Positions 19,244 through 29,250 of a stretch of 64,000 nucleotides of DNA are shown piece after piece. A program made the translations under genes and the position numbers. The stretch lies in NCBI GenBank assembly GCA_963777315.1, contig CAVZQC010000001.1, forward strand, positions 128,001 to 192,000, read 5' to 3'. The notes under the pieces are model-generated. The model ran no database searches and was not told the DNA's origin. It saw only the letters and a program-made list of their open reading frames with translations. This stretch comes from Vulcanimicrobiota bacterium. GTDB lineage: Bacteria > Vulcanimicrobiota > Vulcanimicrobiia > Vulcanimicrobiales > Vulcanimicrobiaceae. How positions within the stretch are numbered: position 1 is the first letter of the stretch; the number at the start of each line of letters is the position of its first letter.

Positions 19244-19979
19244 CGAACACTCGCACGGCGGGGCCGGTCAGCGATGCTTCTCCCACGCCATCCCATTGCA
19301 CGCGCAACGTCCCTCCGGGTACGCGCACATCGACCGGGGATTCGATCATATTGCCGCGTATTGCAGCCGCAGCGCAAGCCACCGCGCCGGTACCGCACGC
19401 CGGCGTAATTCCCACGCCGCGTTCGTAGTGATTGACCGCCATGCAATGCCGATCGACGATGACGGCCAGATGGACGTTCATACCGCCCATCCCGCTTGCG
19501 AGGGCAGGCAAATCGACCGCATCGAGCGACTCTTCAAAGATGACGGCGTGCGGATTGCCCACCGAAACGAAAACGGCGCCCTCCATAGCCGGCACGCGCC
19601 CGTCGAACTGCGGCACGCCCATGTTCACCCGTACGCGGTACACCGCTCCTTTTTCCAGGACATCGGCGGTGATGATTCCCGCGGCAGTCTCGATTCGGAA
19701 ACGCTCGCCTTCGCCGCCCTCGCACAAGTAGCGCACCATGCAGCGCATGCCGTTGCCGCACATCTCGGCTTCCTTGCCGTCCGGATTGAGGATCTGCATG
19801 CGCGCATAGGCTCGCTCCGACGGCAAAACCACGATGAGTCCGTCCGCTCCCACGCCCGCGCGCCGGTCACATGCCGATCGTGCAAAAGCTGCAGTGTCGC
19901 CGATCGTGGGCGTTCGCTGATCCAGAACGACGAAGTCATTCAACGTGCCGTGCATCTTGGTCACGGCCACGCGCGGCAT
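19230..19979 (-). CDS. dapF: Diaminopimelate epimerase
   Basis: KMHGTLNDF, GADG, AEMCGNG, VGNPHAV, ERGVGITPACGTG. Confidence 0.95.
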   Translation of the reverse strand: MPRVAVTKMHGTLNDFVVLDQRTPTIGDTAAFARSACDRRAGVGADGLIVVLPSERAYARMQILNPDGKEAEMCGNGMRCMVRYLCEGGEGERFRIETAAGIITADVLEKGAVYRVRVNMGVPQFDGRVPAMEGAVFVSVGNPHAVIFEESLDAVDLPALASGMGGMNVHLAVIVDRHCMAVNHYERGVGITPACGTGAVACAAAAIRGNMIESPVDVRVPGGTLRVQWDGVGEASLTGPAVRVFDAQF

Positions 19980-20242
19980 TATCCCGAGGTCACCTCGACG
20001 CGCGCCGGAGAGTGCTGCAGCTCGGCGTCGGCCGGCGCGGCAAATGGGCCTTGTGGCGAGATCGTCGAAACCGCGTGTTTGTAAATGAGATGCGTCTTGC
20101 GCTCGTATTCGATGAGAACGGTGAACGAATCGAAGCCCTTGACCACGCCGCGCAGTTGGAAACCGTTCATCAAATAGATCGTTACGGGTACGCCTTGCCG
20201 CCGGATTTCGGCGAGGTACGTATCTTGCAGGCTTCCCGGCAT
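19979..20242 (-). CDS. hfq: RNA chaperone Hfq
   Basis: LQDTYL, VTIYLMNGFQLRG, LIYKHAVSTI. Confidence 0.96.
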   Translation of the reverse strand: MPGSLQDTYLAEIRRQGVPVTIYLMNGFQLRGVVKGFDSFTVLIEYERKTHLIYKHAVSTISPQGPFAAPADAELQHSPARVEVTSG

Positions 20243-20253
20243 GCGTTGGCCCT

Positions 20254-21150
20254 TCAAACCCAGCCGAGCATTTCCCTTGCCGCTCGCTCGACGTCGCCCG
20301 GCGCAAGCCTATGCGTATGCGGCTCGCTGCGAAACCATGTCGCCTGACGTTTGGCGTAGCGTCGCGTTGCGCGAACGAGCAGCGCGCGCAGTTCGGCAAA
20401 CGTGCACCAACCGCGCAGATGGGCAAGCGCCTGTGGGTAGCCCACGGCCCCGCCCGCAACCGCATCCGCACCGACGCGCTCGGCCTCTTCCAAAAGCCCG
20501 CTCGCGAGCATCGCGTCCGTCCGGCGTTCGATCTTCCTATCGAGCTGCGCATCGTCGACGCGTAAAAAGACTTTGAGAAACGGAATGCCTTGTGTTGCGA
20601 GCGAGGTGAGCGCCGTGTCGCGCAGCGTTTTATCCGCCGGTGCAAGCGCGACCTCGAGCGCGCGAACCACACGGTATACGTCGCTCGGGTGCAGCATGGC
20701 TGCGCGGCGTGCGTCTCGCACCTTGAGCCAGTCGTAGAGAAACGACGCCTCGTGCAATTGCGTTTCACGCGCCAGCCGCTGCCGAAGCGGCGCGTCGAAC
20801 TCCGGGGCGAGCTGCACGCCTCCGGTGAGCGCGCGAATGTAAAACCCGGTACCGCCCACGACGATAGCACGTCGGCCGCGCGCCTGTATCGCTTTGATGC
20901 TCGCCACGGCGTCGACCGAAAAACGCGCCGCCGAATAGCGCTCGCGTGGATCGAGAAACCCGATCAGATGATGCTCTACCGCAGCGCGTTGTGCCGCCGT
21001 CGGCGCTGCCGTTCCCACGGGCATCCCGCGATAGATCTGACGCGAGTCGGCGCCGACGATCTCGCCGTTGAACGTTTGCGCGAGCCGTATGGCGAGATCG
21101 GTTTTGCCGCAAGCCGTCGGGCCGGCGATTACCAGGACGCCGGCTCGCAC
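20254..21150 (-). CDS. miaA: tRNA dimethylallyltransferase
   Basis: GPTACGKT, DSRQIYRGM.VGTA, VGGTGFY, TRRYAKRQATWF; start approximate. Confidence 0.95.
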   Translation of the reverse strand: MRAGVLVIAGPTACGKTDLAIRLAQTFNGEIVGADSRQIYRGMPVGTAAPTAAQRAAVEHHLIGFLDPRERYSAARFSVDAVASIKAIQARGRRAIVVGGTGFYIRALTGGVQLAPEFDAPLRQRLARETQLHEASFLYDWLKVRDARRAAMLHPSDVYRVVRALEVALAPADKTLRDTALTSLATQGIPFLKVFLRVDDAQLDRKIERRTDAMLASGLLEEAERVGADAVAGGAVGYPQALAHLRGWCTFAELRALLVRATRRYAKRQATWFRSEPHTHRLAPGDVERAAREMLGWV

Positions 21151-21602
21151 AAGACCGGAAAATTCACCGAACGGGCGATAAAGCACAACTCATGCGCGCG
21201 TTGGTGCAGTGTCCCGGCTTGCGCCGCGCGCGACCGATCGGCCAGCCGAACCGCCGGATGCAGCGTCACCTGCGAAAACTCACCCGAACCGTCCGGGTTC
21301 AGGCGTAAGGTCCCTTCGGCCTTATCGCAATATTCGGTTACGGTGATTCCCGAGTCTGCGCAAAGGTGTAAGAACCAGAGCATGTGACATGCCGCAAGCG
21401 AAGTTATCAAAAGTTCTTCGGGGTTATACCGCGTGCCGTCTCCACGAAACGGCGGCGTGGAGGAACCGGGGATAACGACGGTTTTCGCCGGGGTGCCGAT
21501 CTCGTAGTCCCGACCGTACCCGCGATACGACGCCGTTCCGCTGCCCCGATTTCCGGTCCAGGTCGTGGCGATGCTGAAACGGTGCTCCGATTGCGGCTTC
21601 AT
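21129..21602 (-). CDS. OsmC/Ohr family protein
   Basis: NPEELLITSLAACHMLWFL and AHELCFIARSV. Confidence 0.9.
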   Translation of the reverse strand: MKPQSEHRFSIATTWTGNRGSGTASYRGYGRDYEIGTPAKTVVIPGSSTPPFRGDGTRYNPEELLITSLAACHMLWFLHLCADSGITVTEYCDKAEGTLRLNPDGSGEFSQVTLHPAVRLADRSRAAQAGTLHQRAHELCFIARSVNFPVLCEPASW

Positions 21603-23263
21603 ATTCGTTTGAATAGTCTCGCAATGGTTTCTGCGTCCATTCTGACGATGGTCGGTCTCCCGTGCGGGCAGTGCATCGGATTATCGCATCGTCCCAGGCG
21701 TTCGACAAGCGTAATCATCTCGGAGAGTTCGAGCCGCTCGCCCGCACGAGTAACGGAGTGGCACGCCAGCGACGCCCAAACGCGTTCGCGCACGTTGCGC
21801 TGCTTGGGTTCCTCGCCGAGATCCTCCAAGAAGCCGGCAACGTCGAACGCGCGCGCGCCGTAACCGGCCGGCGTAGCCACGACGCGGTACGTGCGTTCGC
21901 CGAATGGCTCGATCTCCAGGCCGCCTTCGTGCAGAATGTCCAATGTGCCGTCCAGCGCAGCGCTTTGCGCAGCGCTCAATTCGAAGACGTTGGGAACCAG
22001 CATCGGCTCGCGCGCAACGCGATCGTGTGCGGCAGCGGCAATGCGCTCGTACGCAACGCGCTCGTGCGCCGCGTGCTGATCGACCAGAACCAGCGTTTGG
22101 CCGTCCGTCGCTACGATGAACGTGCCGTTCACCTGCGCGAGCACGCGCACGCCCGACGACGCCGGCTGCGCCACTTCAGCGTGCTCGAACAGCGTCTGCA
22201 AGTGCGCCAGGGCGCCGTCCATGTTCTGCGCAGCCGGTGAAACCGTCACGGCCTGCGAGAAGCGCGCGGTTGCGTTATCGCGCAGCGTCGTTGCAATGGC
22301 GCGTTTGACCGCTTCGAACACCTGTTGCCCGTAACGCAGCCGTACGTCGCTCTTGGTCGGATGCACGTTGGAATCAACCTGATCGGGCGGCAACGTCAAT
22401 GCCAGCACGCCGTACGGCTGGCGTCCGAGCATGGCGAACGTAGAATACCCGGCGCTCCACGCGCCTGCCATCAACGAGCTGCGCAGCAGCCGTCCGTTGA
22501 CGAACAGCAGCTGCATGCGGCGATCCGCGCGATCGAATCCGGGCAAACTGATGTAGCCTCGCAACTCGCCTTGCAATCCGCGCGCCGCCCCCGGATCCAA
22601 TGGGATGAGATTCTCCGCAGCGCTTTTACCGAAGACGCTCGCCAGACGCGCGCGAAGATCGTCGGTCGCCGGCATCACCCAGACCTCGCTTGCGTCGTGA
22701 TGCAGTGCGAAGGTGATGTGCGGATATGCCAGGGCGAACGCCGAGAGCCAGCCCGATACGCGATTGAATTCGGCGCCGGCCGAGCGCAAGTACTCGCGGC
22801 GCACCGGAACGTTTGCGAAAAGATCCCGCGCCCGGACCGTCGTTCCGGGCGGCCCGGGCGTGGGCACTACGGGTGCCGTGTGATCGGCGTGTGCGGTCAC
22901 GCGAGCGCCGAATTGCTCGTGCGGCCGGCGGGAGCTGACTTCAAGGTGCGCGACTGCCGCGATGCTGGCTAAACCCTCCCCGCGGAATCCCAGCGTGCCG
23001 ATGGATTCGAGATCGGCTGCCTGCGCGAGCTTGCTCGTCGCGTGCCGGCGAACGGCAAGATGCAGCTGGTCCGATGCGATGCCGTCACCATCGTCGACGA
23101 CCTCGACGAGCTCGATTCCGCCCTCGCGCAAGCTTACCGTAATTCGCGCAGCGCCCGCATCCACCGCATTTTCCACGAGCTCTTTGACCACCGACAACGG
23201 CCGCTCGACGATCTCTCCTGCGGCAATCTGGCCGATTGTGGTCCTGTCGAGGATGCGGATCAA
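21599..23263 (-). CDS. mutL: DNA mismatch repair endonuclease MutL
   Basis: IAAGEIVERP, GFRGEGLAS, DQHAAHER, CPHGRP. Confidence 0.97.
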   Translation of the reverse strand: MIRILDRTTIGQIAAGEIVERPLSVVKELVENAVDAGAARITVSLREGGIELVEVVDDGDGIASDQLHLAVRRHATSKLAQAADLESIGTLGFRGEGLASIAAVAHLEVSSRRPHEQFGARVTAHADHTAPVVPTPGPPGTTVRARDLFANVPVRREYLRSAGAEFNRVSGWLSAFALAYPHITFALHHDASEVWVMPATDDLRARLASVFGKSAAENLIPLDPGAARGLQGELRGYISLPGFDRADRRMQLLFVNGRLLRSSLMAGAWSAGYSTFAMLGRQPYGVLALTLPPDQVDSNVHPTKSDVRLRYGQQVFEAVKRAIATTLRDNATARFSQAVTVSPAAQNMDGALAHLQTLFEHAEVAQPASSGVRVLAQVNGTFIVATDGQTLVLVDQHAAHERVAYERIAAAAHDRVAREPMLVPNVFELSAAQSAALDGTLDILHEGGLEIEPFGERTYRVVATPAGYGARAFDVAGFLEDLGEEPKQRNVRERVWASLACHSVTRAGERLELSEMITLVERLGRCDNPMHCPHGRPTIVRMDAETIARLFKRI

Positions 23264-25764
23264 GAGTCGGCGTTCAACAGCGACAACTGCGCCGCCGGCG
23301 GGATCTTGGCCAGCTTGCCCCGCAGCGGAACCTGCTCTTCGACGTCTGCTTTGCCCGACAGCGCTTCGGCGATTTCTCGAGCGCGATCGACGACTGCGTC
23401 GGGAAGGCCGGCCATGCGCGCAACTTCGATGCCGAACGAGCGCGACGAACTGCCGGGCAGCACGCGGTGCGAAAACACCGGACCACCGCCCGCGCGCACG
23501 TTTTCAACCGCCGTAATGTGATAATTGGCGGCCGCCTTCCAATGCTCCGCGAGCGAAACCAACTCGTGGAAGTGGGTGGCGAACAGCACCATCGGAGCGT
23601 GCTCTTCCAAACCCAGCAGGAACTCGCACATCGCTTGCGCGATTGCCAGACCGTCCAAGGTCCCGGTACCGCGCCCCACTTCGTCGATCAGCAGGAGGCT
23701 GCGCCGCGTGCAGCGCCGCAGAATGTTCGCCGCTTGCGCCATTTCCAAGTAAAACGTCGATTGCCCCGAGGCCAAATCGTCGCCCGCGCCGATGCGCGTG
23801 AAGATGCGATCGACGATTCCCATTCTCAGCGATTTTGCGGGTACGAAAGATCCGATTTGCGCCATGATGGCGAGCAGGGCCGCTTGACGCAGATACGTCG
23901 ATTTGCCGCCCATGTTTGGGCCGGTAAGGAGGATGAAACGGTGTTCGCCGTCGCGCAGTTGCAGGTCGTTGGGAACAAAGCCGGTTCGGACGATCGCCTC
24001 CATCACGGGATGACGTCCGTCGGCAACATGCAGCTCGCTGCGCTCGACGAACTCGGGCTGCACGTAGCCCCGTTCGGCCGCACACTTGGCCAGCGAACAC
24101 AACACGTCGATTTCCGCTATCGCCTGCGCGGCCGCCAGCAAATCCTCGACCCGCCGCGCGATGCGATCGACAAGTTGCGCGAAGAGCCGTTCCTCGATTC
24201 GAATCCGGCGCGACTGCGCCGAAGCAATGGCGATCTCCAGTTCCTTGAGTTCCGGCGTGACGAAGCGCTCACCGCTCGTAAGCGTCTGCTTGCGCACGTA
24301 GTCGGCAGGAACTTGCGCCGCAAAACTTTTGCTCACCTCGATCGCGTAGCCGAACGCGCCCGAGAATTTTATCTTTAGCGACTTGATGCCGGTGCGCTCG
24401 CGCTCGCGCTCCTCCAGCTCGGAGAGCTTCGTTCGCGCGCTCGTGCGCAGTGAAATGCACTCGGCCAGATCGGCGTCGGCACCCTCACGGATGACTCCAC
24501 CTTCGGACAGCGCAGCTGGAGGATCGTCGACAAGGCTGCAGCGCAAGTCTTCCAGCAAGGCGTCGAAGTCGGCTATGGCGCGGCTCTGAGACCCCAAGGT
24601 CTTTGCGCAGAGTTGCCTGAGCGCAGGCACGATCTCCAGCGTGCGCCGCAGCGAGGCCAGGTCGTGCGGCTGCGCGCGTTTGAAACGCACCTTTTGCGCG
24701 ATGCGCTCGAGATCGTAGCAGCCGCGCAGCAGCTCTTGGACGGCGTCGCGCCGTACGTGCTCTTCGACCAGCGTTCGCACGCCGCAATGGCGCGCGTAAA
24801 TTGCATCGCGATCCACCAGGGGCGCCAAAATCCAGCGCGCAAGCATCCGCGATCCCATCGAGGTCGCGCACTTGTCGAGTGTGGCCAGAAGCGTTGCCTT
24901 CGGATTGGCGCCCAGCGCTCTGGTCAGCTCCAGGTTCTTTCTGGTGTGCTGGTCCAAAGCCAGGAATGTGCGTTCTCGATAAAACTTGGGCGCGCTGAGC
25001 ATTTGCGGCTCCTCGGCCGGCCCTGCCCGGTCGGATCCGATGCCTGCGCGTTTGACGAACGCCAGGAGTGCGTCGAGCGCACGATGGATCGCCAGCGATT
25101 CGTCCAGCGAGAAGCCGTCCACCGGCCCGCGCGCACGTGGCCCGACGACGGAAAGACCGGGTGCGGCCACGCGGGCGCCGAGCTCTTCGAGCGTGCTCGC
25201 GAGCGCCGTACGCAAATCGACGGGCATGTCGGCGACGACCTCGGCCGGAGCGACTCTGCCGAGCTCCGCAACCAGTTCGTCATACGCGGAATCGCCCGTC
25301 AATGCGGTGGCCGCGCACAAACCGGTCGACACGTCGGCATACGCCAGTGCGAAGGTGTCGTCCACGGCCGTGACGGCAGCCAAATAGTTATTCTGCTTAC
25401 CGTCCAACAGCTGATCTTCGATCAGCGTCCCGGGCGTGACGATCCGCACGACGTCGCGCCGCACCAGCTTATTGGGCTGCGGAATTTCGAGCTGCTCGGC
25501 AAGCGCGACGATGAACCGCTGCGCCACCAAGCGCGCCAGATACTGCGAGAGTGCATGATAAGGCACGCCGGCCATGGCGACGCGCTTGCCGCCGCCGGCT
25601 TCTTTGGACGTGAGCGCGATCGAAAGCGCAGGTGCGATCGTTTCCGCGTCCGGTCCGTAGGCTTCGTAAAAATCGCCGACGCGCGAAAGCAAAATCGCCT
25701 CCGGATGACGTGCCTTCATTCCGAAGTATTGTTCGAGCATCGGTGAGAACTGCTGCGCGCTCAC
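23260..25764 (-). CDS. mutS: DNA mismatch repair protein MutS
   Basis: GDFYE, TGPNMGGKST, STF, DEVGRGT, FATHF. Confidence 0.98.
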   Translation of the reverse strand: MSAQQFSPMLEQYFGMKARHPEAILLSRVGDFYEAYGPDAETIAPALSIALTSKEAGGGKRVAMAGVPYHALSQYLARLVAQRFIVALAEQLEIPQPNKLVRRDVVRIVTPGTLIEDQLLDGKQNNYLAAVTAVDDTFALAYADVSTGLCAATALTGDSAYDELVAELGRVAPAEVVADMPVDLRTALASTLEELGARVAAPGLSVVGPRARGPVDGFSLDESLAIHRALDALLAFVKRAGIGSDRAGPAEEPQMLSAPKFYRERTFLALDQHTRKNLELTRALGANPKATLLATLDKCATSMGSRMLARWILAPLVDRDAIYARHCGVRTLVEEHVRRDAVQELLRGCYDLERIAQKVRFKRAQPHDLASLRRTLEIVPALRQLCAKTLGSQSRAIADFDALLEDLRCSLVDDPPAALSEGGVIREGADADLAECISLRTSARTKLSELEERERERTGIKSLKIKFSGAFGYAIEVSKSFAAQVPADYVRKQTLTSGERFVTPELKELEIAIASAQSRRIRIEERLFAQLVDRIARRVEDLLAAAQAIAEIDVLCSLAKCAAERGYVQPEFVERSELHVADGRHPVMEAIVRTGFVPNDLQLRDGEHRFILLTGPNMGGKSTYLRQAALLAIMAQIGSFVPAKSLRMGIVDRIFTRIGAGDDLASGQSTFYLEMAQAANILRRCTRRSLLLIDEVGRGTGTLDGLAIAQAMCEFLLGLEEHAPMVLFATHFHELVSLAEHWKAAANYHITAVENVRAGGGPVFSHRVLPGSSSRSFGIEVARMAGLPDAVVDRAREIAEALSGKADVEEQVPLRGKLAKIPPAAQLSLLNADS

Positions 25765-25824
25765 GCCGCTGGCCGTTTCGGCGCAAAGCCTGTGGATAAC
25801 TTGTTTACAGGTGCAGCAGGTTGT

Positions 25825-27222
25825 TCATACCAGCGTTATCAGCGGCGAAGCCACGGCAACGCCCGCGCCGGTGAAATACTGCGCGCGGCGTACGATCGTT
25901 CCGGTGCATCCCCAAGTGAACCCTTGTTGTATCTCGACATCGAGCCACGGCTCGCGCGCGTACAGCGCTTGCTCGAAATCCGGCGGCATCGGCGCGATGA
26001 CGGTGACGTTGTCCGTTGCCTTTGCCGCTAATTTACCGGCATCTTTTTTCGAAGGGCCCTGGATTAGGCAGCGGACCACGGTGCCGATCTTACCGGCGTG
26101 ATACGCCCGTGACGCCGCATTTTGCGCCTGCATCAACCGGCCGAATCGCTCCGAGGCGATCGCGGGCGCGACCTGTTCCCAGCGCGCGGCCGGCGTCCCC
26201 CGACGCGGCGAATACACGAACATGTACGCGTTTGCAAACACGCCGCTCTTGACGTAATCCAGAGTCAGCTCGAAATCCGCGTCGCTTTCGCCGGGAAAGC
26301 CCACGATGACGTCGGTCGTAATTGCCCAACCTGGCAAGTGCCGGTGAATCAGCCCGACGATTTCCCGGTAGCGTTCGAACGTGTACTTGCGGTTCATCCG
26401 GCGCAAGACCGCCTCGCTGGCCGATTGCAGCGGCAAATGGATGCGTGGATTCAGCTGGTCGACCTGCGCCAAATCGCCCAGGATCTTCTCGGTGAAATCC
26501 TTGGGATGCGGTGAGATGAAGGCCAAGCGCTCGAGGCCGGGAATCGCGCCCACCGCTTTGCACAGGTCGCCGAAGTCCAAACCGTTTACGGAATCTTTGT
26601 AGGCGTTGACCGTTTGCCCCACCAGCATGACTTCCCGCGCGCCGGCGCGCACGCGCTCCGAAACCTCGCAAAGAATTTCCGCGCTCGGGCGATGGTCGAA
26701 GCGTCCGCGAACGTGCGGCACGATGCAGAACGTGCAGTAGTAGGAGCATCCGCGCTGCACCGTAACGAAACCGCGCAAGTCCGAGAATGCGTCGGTCACG
26801 CAGTCCGCGGATCCGCCGAAGGGCACGAGCAAGGCCCGCTCCATCGAAAAATCGGTCTCCTCGAAGTCCGAATGCCAGCGCGCGATTGCGTCGCCCATTT
26901 GCACGAGTTGCGACGTGCCGAAAACGGCATCCACGTGCGGAACGATCTTGCGCATGCTATCGCGATCCTGTTCGGCCAAACACCCCATGACCGCAAGCCG
27001 TACGCCGGGATCGGCGATTTTCAAAACCTTGAAATGATTGATGCGGCCGTAAGCGCGCCGTTCGGCGTTATCGCGAACGGTGCACGTGTTCAGCACCACG
27101 ACGTTGGCGTCTTCGGGCCGCTCCGCAATCACGTAGCCGGCCGATGCGGCACGATCGGCGATGTATTGCGAGTCGGCTTCATTCATCTGACAGCCGAAGG
27201 TCTCGATATAGATGCTCGCCAC
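25825..27222 (-). CDS. miaB: tRNA methylthiotransferase MiaB
   Basis: TFGCQMN, NTCTVR, GCSYYCTFC, IVGFPGE; GTG start inferred. Confidence 0.93.
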   Translation of the reverse strand: MASIYIETFGCQMNEADSQYIADRAASAGYVIAERPEDANVVVLNTCTVRDNAERRAYGRINHFKVLKIADPGVRLAVMGCLAEQDRDSMRKIVPHVDAVFGTSQLVQMGDAIARWHSDFEETDFSMERALLVPFGGSADCVTDAFSDLRGFVTVQRGCSYYCTFCIVPHVRGRFDHRPSAEILCEVSERVRAGAREVMLVGQTVNAYKDSVNGLDFGDLCKAVGAIPGLERLAFISPHPKDFTEKILGDLAQVDQLNPRIHLPLQSASEAVLRRMNRKYTFERYREIVGLIHRHLPGWAITTDVIVGFPGESDADFELTLDYVKSGVFANAYMFVYSPRRGTPAARWEQVAPAIASERFGRLMQAQNAASRAYHAGKIGTVVRCLIQGPSKKDAGKLAAKATDNVTVIAPMPPDFEQALYAREPWLDVEIQQGFTWGCTGTIVRRAQYFTGAGVAVASPLITLV

Positions 27223-27269
27223 GCCGGGGAATACGCCGAGGCGGCCGGAAAGTCCCAGACGTGCACTCC

Positions 27270-28634
27270 GTGGAAGAACGCAGCGCCGTGCTGCGGCCGG
27301 CAACCGTTGCGATCGTGGGCCGCCCGAACGTCGGAAAGAGCGCGCTGTTCAATCGTTTGATCGGCAGGCGCCTGGCCATCGTCGAAGATTCACCCGGGGT
27401 CACGCGAGACCGATTGTACGCGCTTTGCGAATGGCGCGGTCGAACGTTCAGCTTGGTCGACACGGCGGGCATCGACACCGACCCGCACCAAGAGGGCGAC
27501 GTCGCTATTGCGACCCGGCGCCAAGCACAGGCCGCGGCCGCGCAAGCCGATGCGATCGTGTTCGTCGTCGACGCCGCCGGTGGACGCAACCCGCTCGACG
27601 ATGAAGTCGCTGCAATCTTACGCCGTACGCGCCGGCCGGTCGTCTTGGCCGCGAACAAAGCCGAATCGCCCAGCGCGTCCGCTGCGGTCTACGGCGAGTT
27701 CGCCTCGCTGGGCTTTGGACAACCCGTAGCGGTATCGGCCATTCACGGTGAAGGCACGGGCGATCTGCTCGACCGCGTAATCGAGCATCTCCCGCCCGAG
27801 CAACCGCAGGACGAGCAAGGGCGAGAACTCGCGTTGGCGTTAGTGGGTCGCCCCAACGTCGGAAAGAGCTCGCTCCTCAACGCCATGCTCGGCGAAGAAC
27901 GCGCGATCGTATCCGAAGTGCCGGGAACCACCCGCGATGCGGTGGATACGATATTGCAGTTTCACGAACATCGCATCCGCTTGATCGACACGGCGGGCGT
28001 ACGCAGAAAGCCGCAGCAGCACGGCGCAATCGAATACTATTCGGCCCTGCGCTCTTTATCGGCCATTGCGCGCTGCGATATCGCCATTCTGTTATTCGAC
28101 GCAATGCAGGGAATATTGGGACAAGAACGCCGGCTCGCGGGAATGATTTTGGAGGAACGCAGGGGTCTGGTGATCGCCGGCAACAAGTGGGATCTGGCCC
28201 GCGAACAAGGCGAGTATAGCCAAGGCGAGCTCGTCAACGTGATCTACGACCAGATGCCGTTCGCGCGGTTCGCTCCGGTCACGTTTCTTTCGGCCAAGAC
28301 GCGGCGGCGACTCGGCAGCTTGATGCCCGTGGTGATGAAAGTAGCCGCCAATCTCGACCGCCACGTGCCGACCGCGCGCCTGAATGCGGTCGTACGCGAT
28401 GCCGCCATGGCGCATCCGGCTCCGGCAATCGGCGGCAAACCCTTGAAGATGTACTATTGCTCTCAGCCGGCGACGCATCCGCCGCTGTTCGTCTTCCACT
28501 GCAACGATCCGGATCTCGTGCAGACGTCGTACAAACGCTTTTTGGAAAACGTCATCCGCCGCAACTTCGAATTCGAAGGCGTCCCGCTCACGCTCGAGTT
28601 TCGCGAACGCTCGCGCGAACATATCGAACAATGA
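27270..28634 (+). CDS. der: Ribosome biogenesis GTPase Der
   Basis: Two G domains (GRPNVGKS twice, DTAG, NKAE/NKWD) and C-terminal KH-like domain; start approximate. Confidence 0.96.
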   Translation: MEERSAVLRPATVAIVGRPNVGKSALFNRLIGRRLAIVEDSPGVTRDRLYALCEWRGRTFSLVDTAGIDTDPHQEGDVAIATRRQAQAAAAQADAIVFVVDAAGGRNPLDDEVAAILRRTRRPVVLAANKAESPSASAAVYGEFASLGFGQPVAVSAIHGEGTGDLLDRVIEHLPPEQPQDEQGRELALALVGRPNVGKSSLLNAMLGEERAIVSEVPGTTRDAVDTILQFHEHRIRLIDTAGVRRKPQQHGAIEYYSALRSLSAIARCDIAILLFDAMQGILGQERRLAGMILEERRGLVIAGNKWDLAREQGEYSQGELVNVIYDQMPFARFAPVTFLSAKTRRRLGSLMPVVMKVAANLDRHVPTARLNAVVRDAAMAHPAPAIGGKPLKMYYCSQPATHPPLFVFHCNDPDLVQTSYKRFLENVIRRNFEFEGVPLTLEFRERSREHIEQ

Positions 28635-29248
28635 ACGCCGCCGCGTACACCGGCATCGCTTTGGGTGCATTCTTCCTAGGATCGATTCCGTTCGGTCTGG
28701 TCATCGGCGGCGTCTTCTATCGCAGGGACATTCGCAAAAGCGGCAGCGGCAACATCGGCGCGATGAATGCATTGCGCACTTTGGGCAAAAGCGGCGCAGT
28801 TGCAGTGTTGCTTTTGGACGCGGCTAAAGGTTTCGTTCCGGCGGTGGCCATCATGCAGGGGCTTCACGATTCGCACCTGGCGGCGATCGCCGCCGCGTGC
28901 GCCGTATTCGCGCACTGCTTTTCGCCGTGGCTGCGATTGCGCGGCGGCAAAGGCGTGGCCACGTCATTCGGCGCCATCTTCGGGTTATCGTGGCCCGCAG
29001 GAGCGGTCGCGGTCGGGGGATGGCTGCTCGGAGCGCTCCCGACGACGTACTCGTCGGTCGGATCAATGCTCGGAAACGTTCTTGGGGCTCTGGCCTTGTG
29101 GTACTTCACGCGCGATCCGTGGCTGACCGGATACGGGGCGTTTGCTGCGATCCTTATCGTTTTCACGCACCGCGAAAACATCGTCCGTTTGCGGCAGGGC
29201 CGCGAAAGCGGCATTTCTTTTTTGGCGAACCGTCGCGTAAAGGATTGA
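28631..29248 (+). CDS. plsY: Glycerol-3-phosphate acyltransferase PlsY
   Basis: GSIPFG, GSGNIGAMN, GGKGVAT, HRENI. Confidence 0.96.
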   Translation: MNAAAYTGIALGAFFLGSIPFGLVIGGVFYRRDIRKSGSGNIGAMNALRTLGKSGAVAVLLLDAAKGFVPAVAIMQGLHDSHLAAIAAACAVFAHCFSPWLRLRGGKGVATSFGAIFGLSWPAGAVAVGGWLLGALPTTYSSVGSMLGNVLGALALWYFTRDPWLTGYGAFAAILIVFTHRENIVRLRQGRESGISFLANRRVKD

Positions 29249-29250
29249 GT

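Noticed and set aside
25765..25824. Replication origin
   Set aside because: Only one perfect DnaA box in a 60-bp gap, no AT-rich unwinding element, no dnaA/dnaN nearby.
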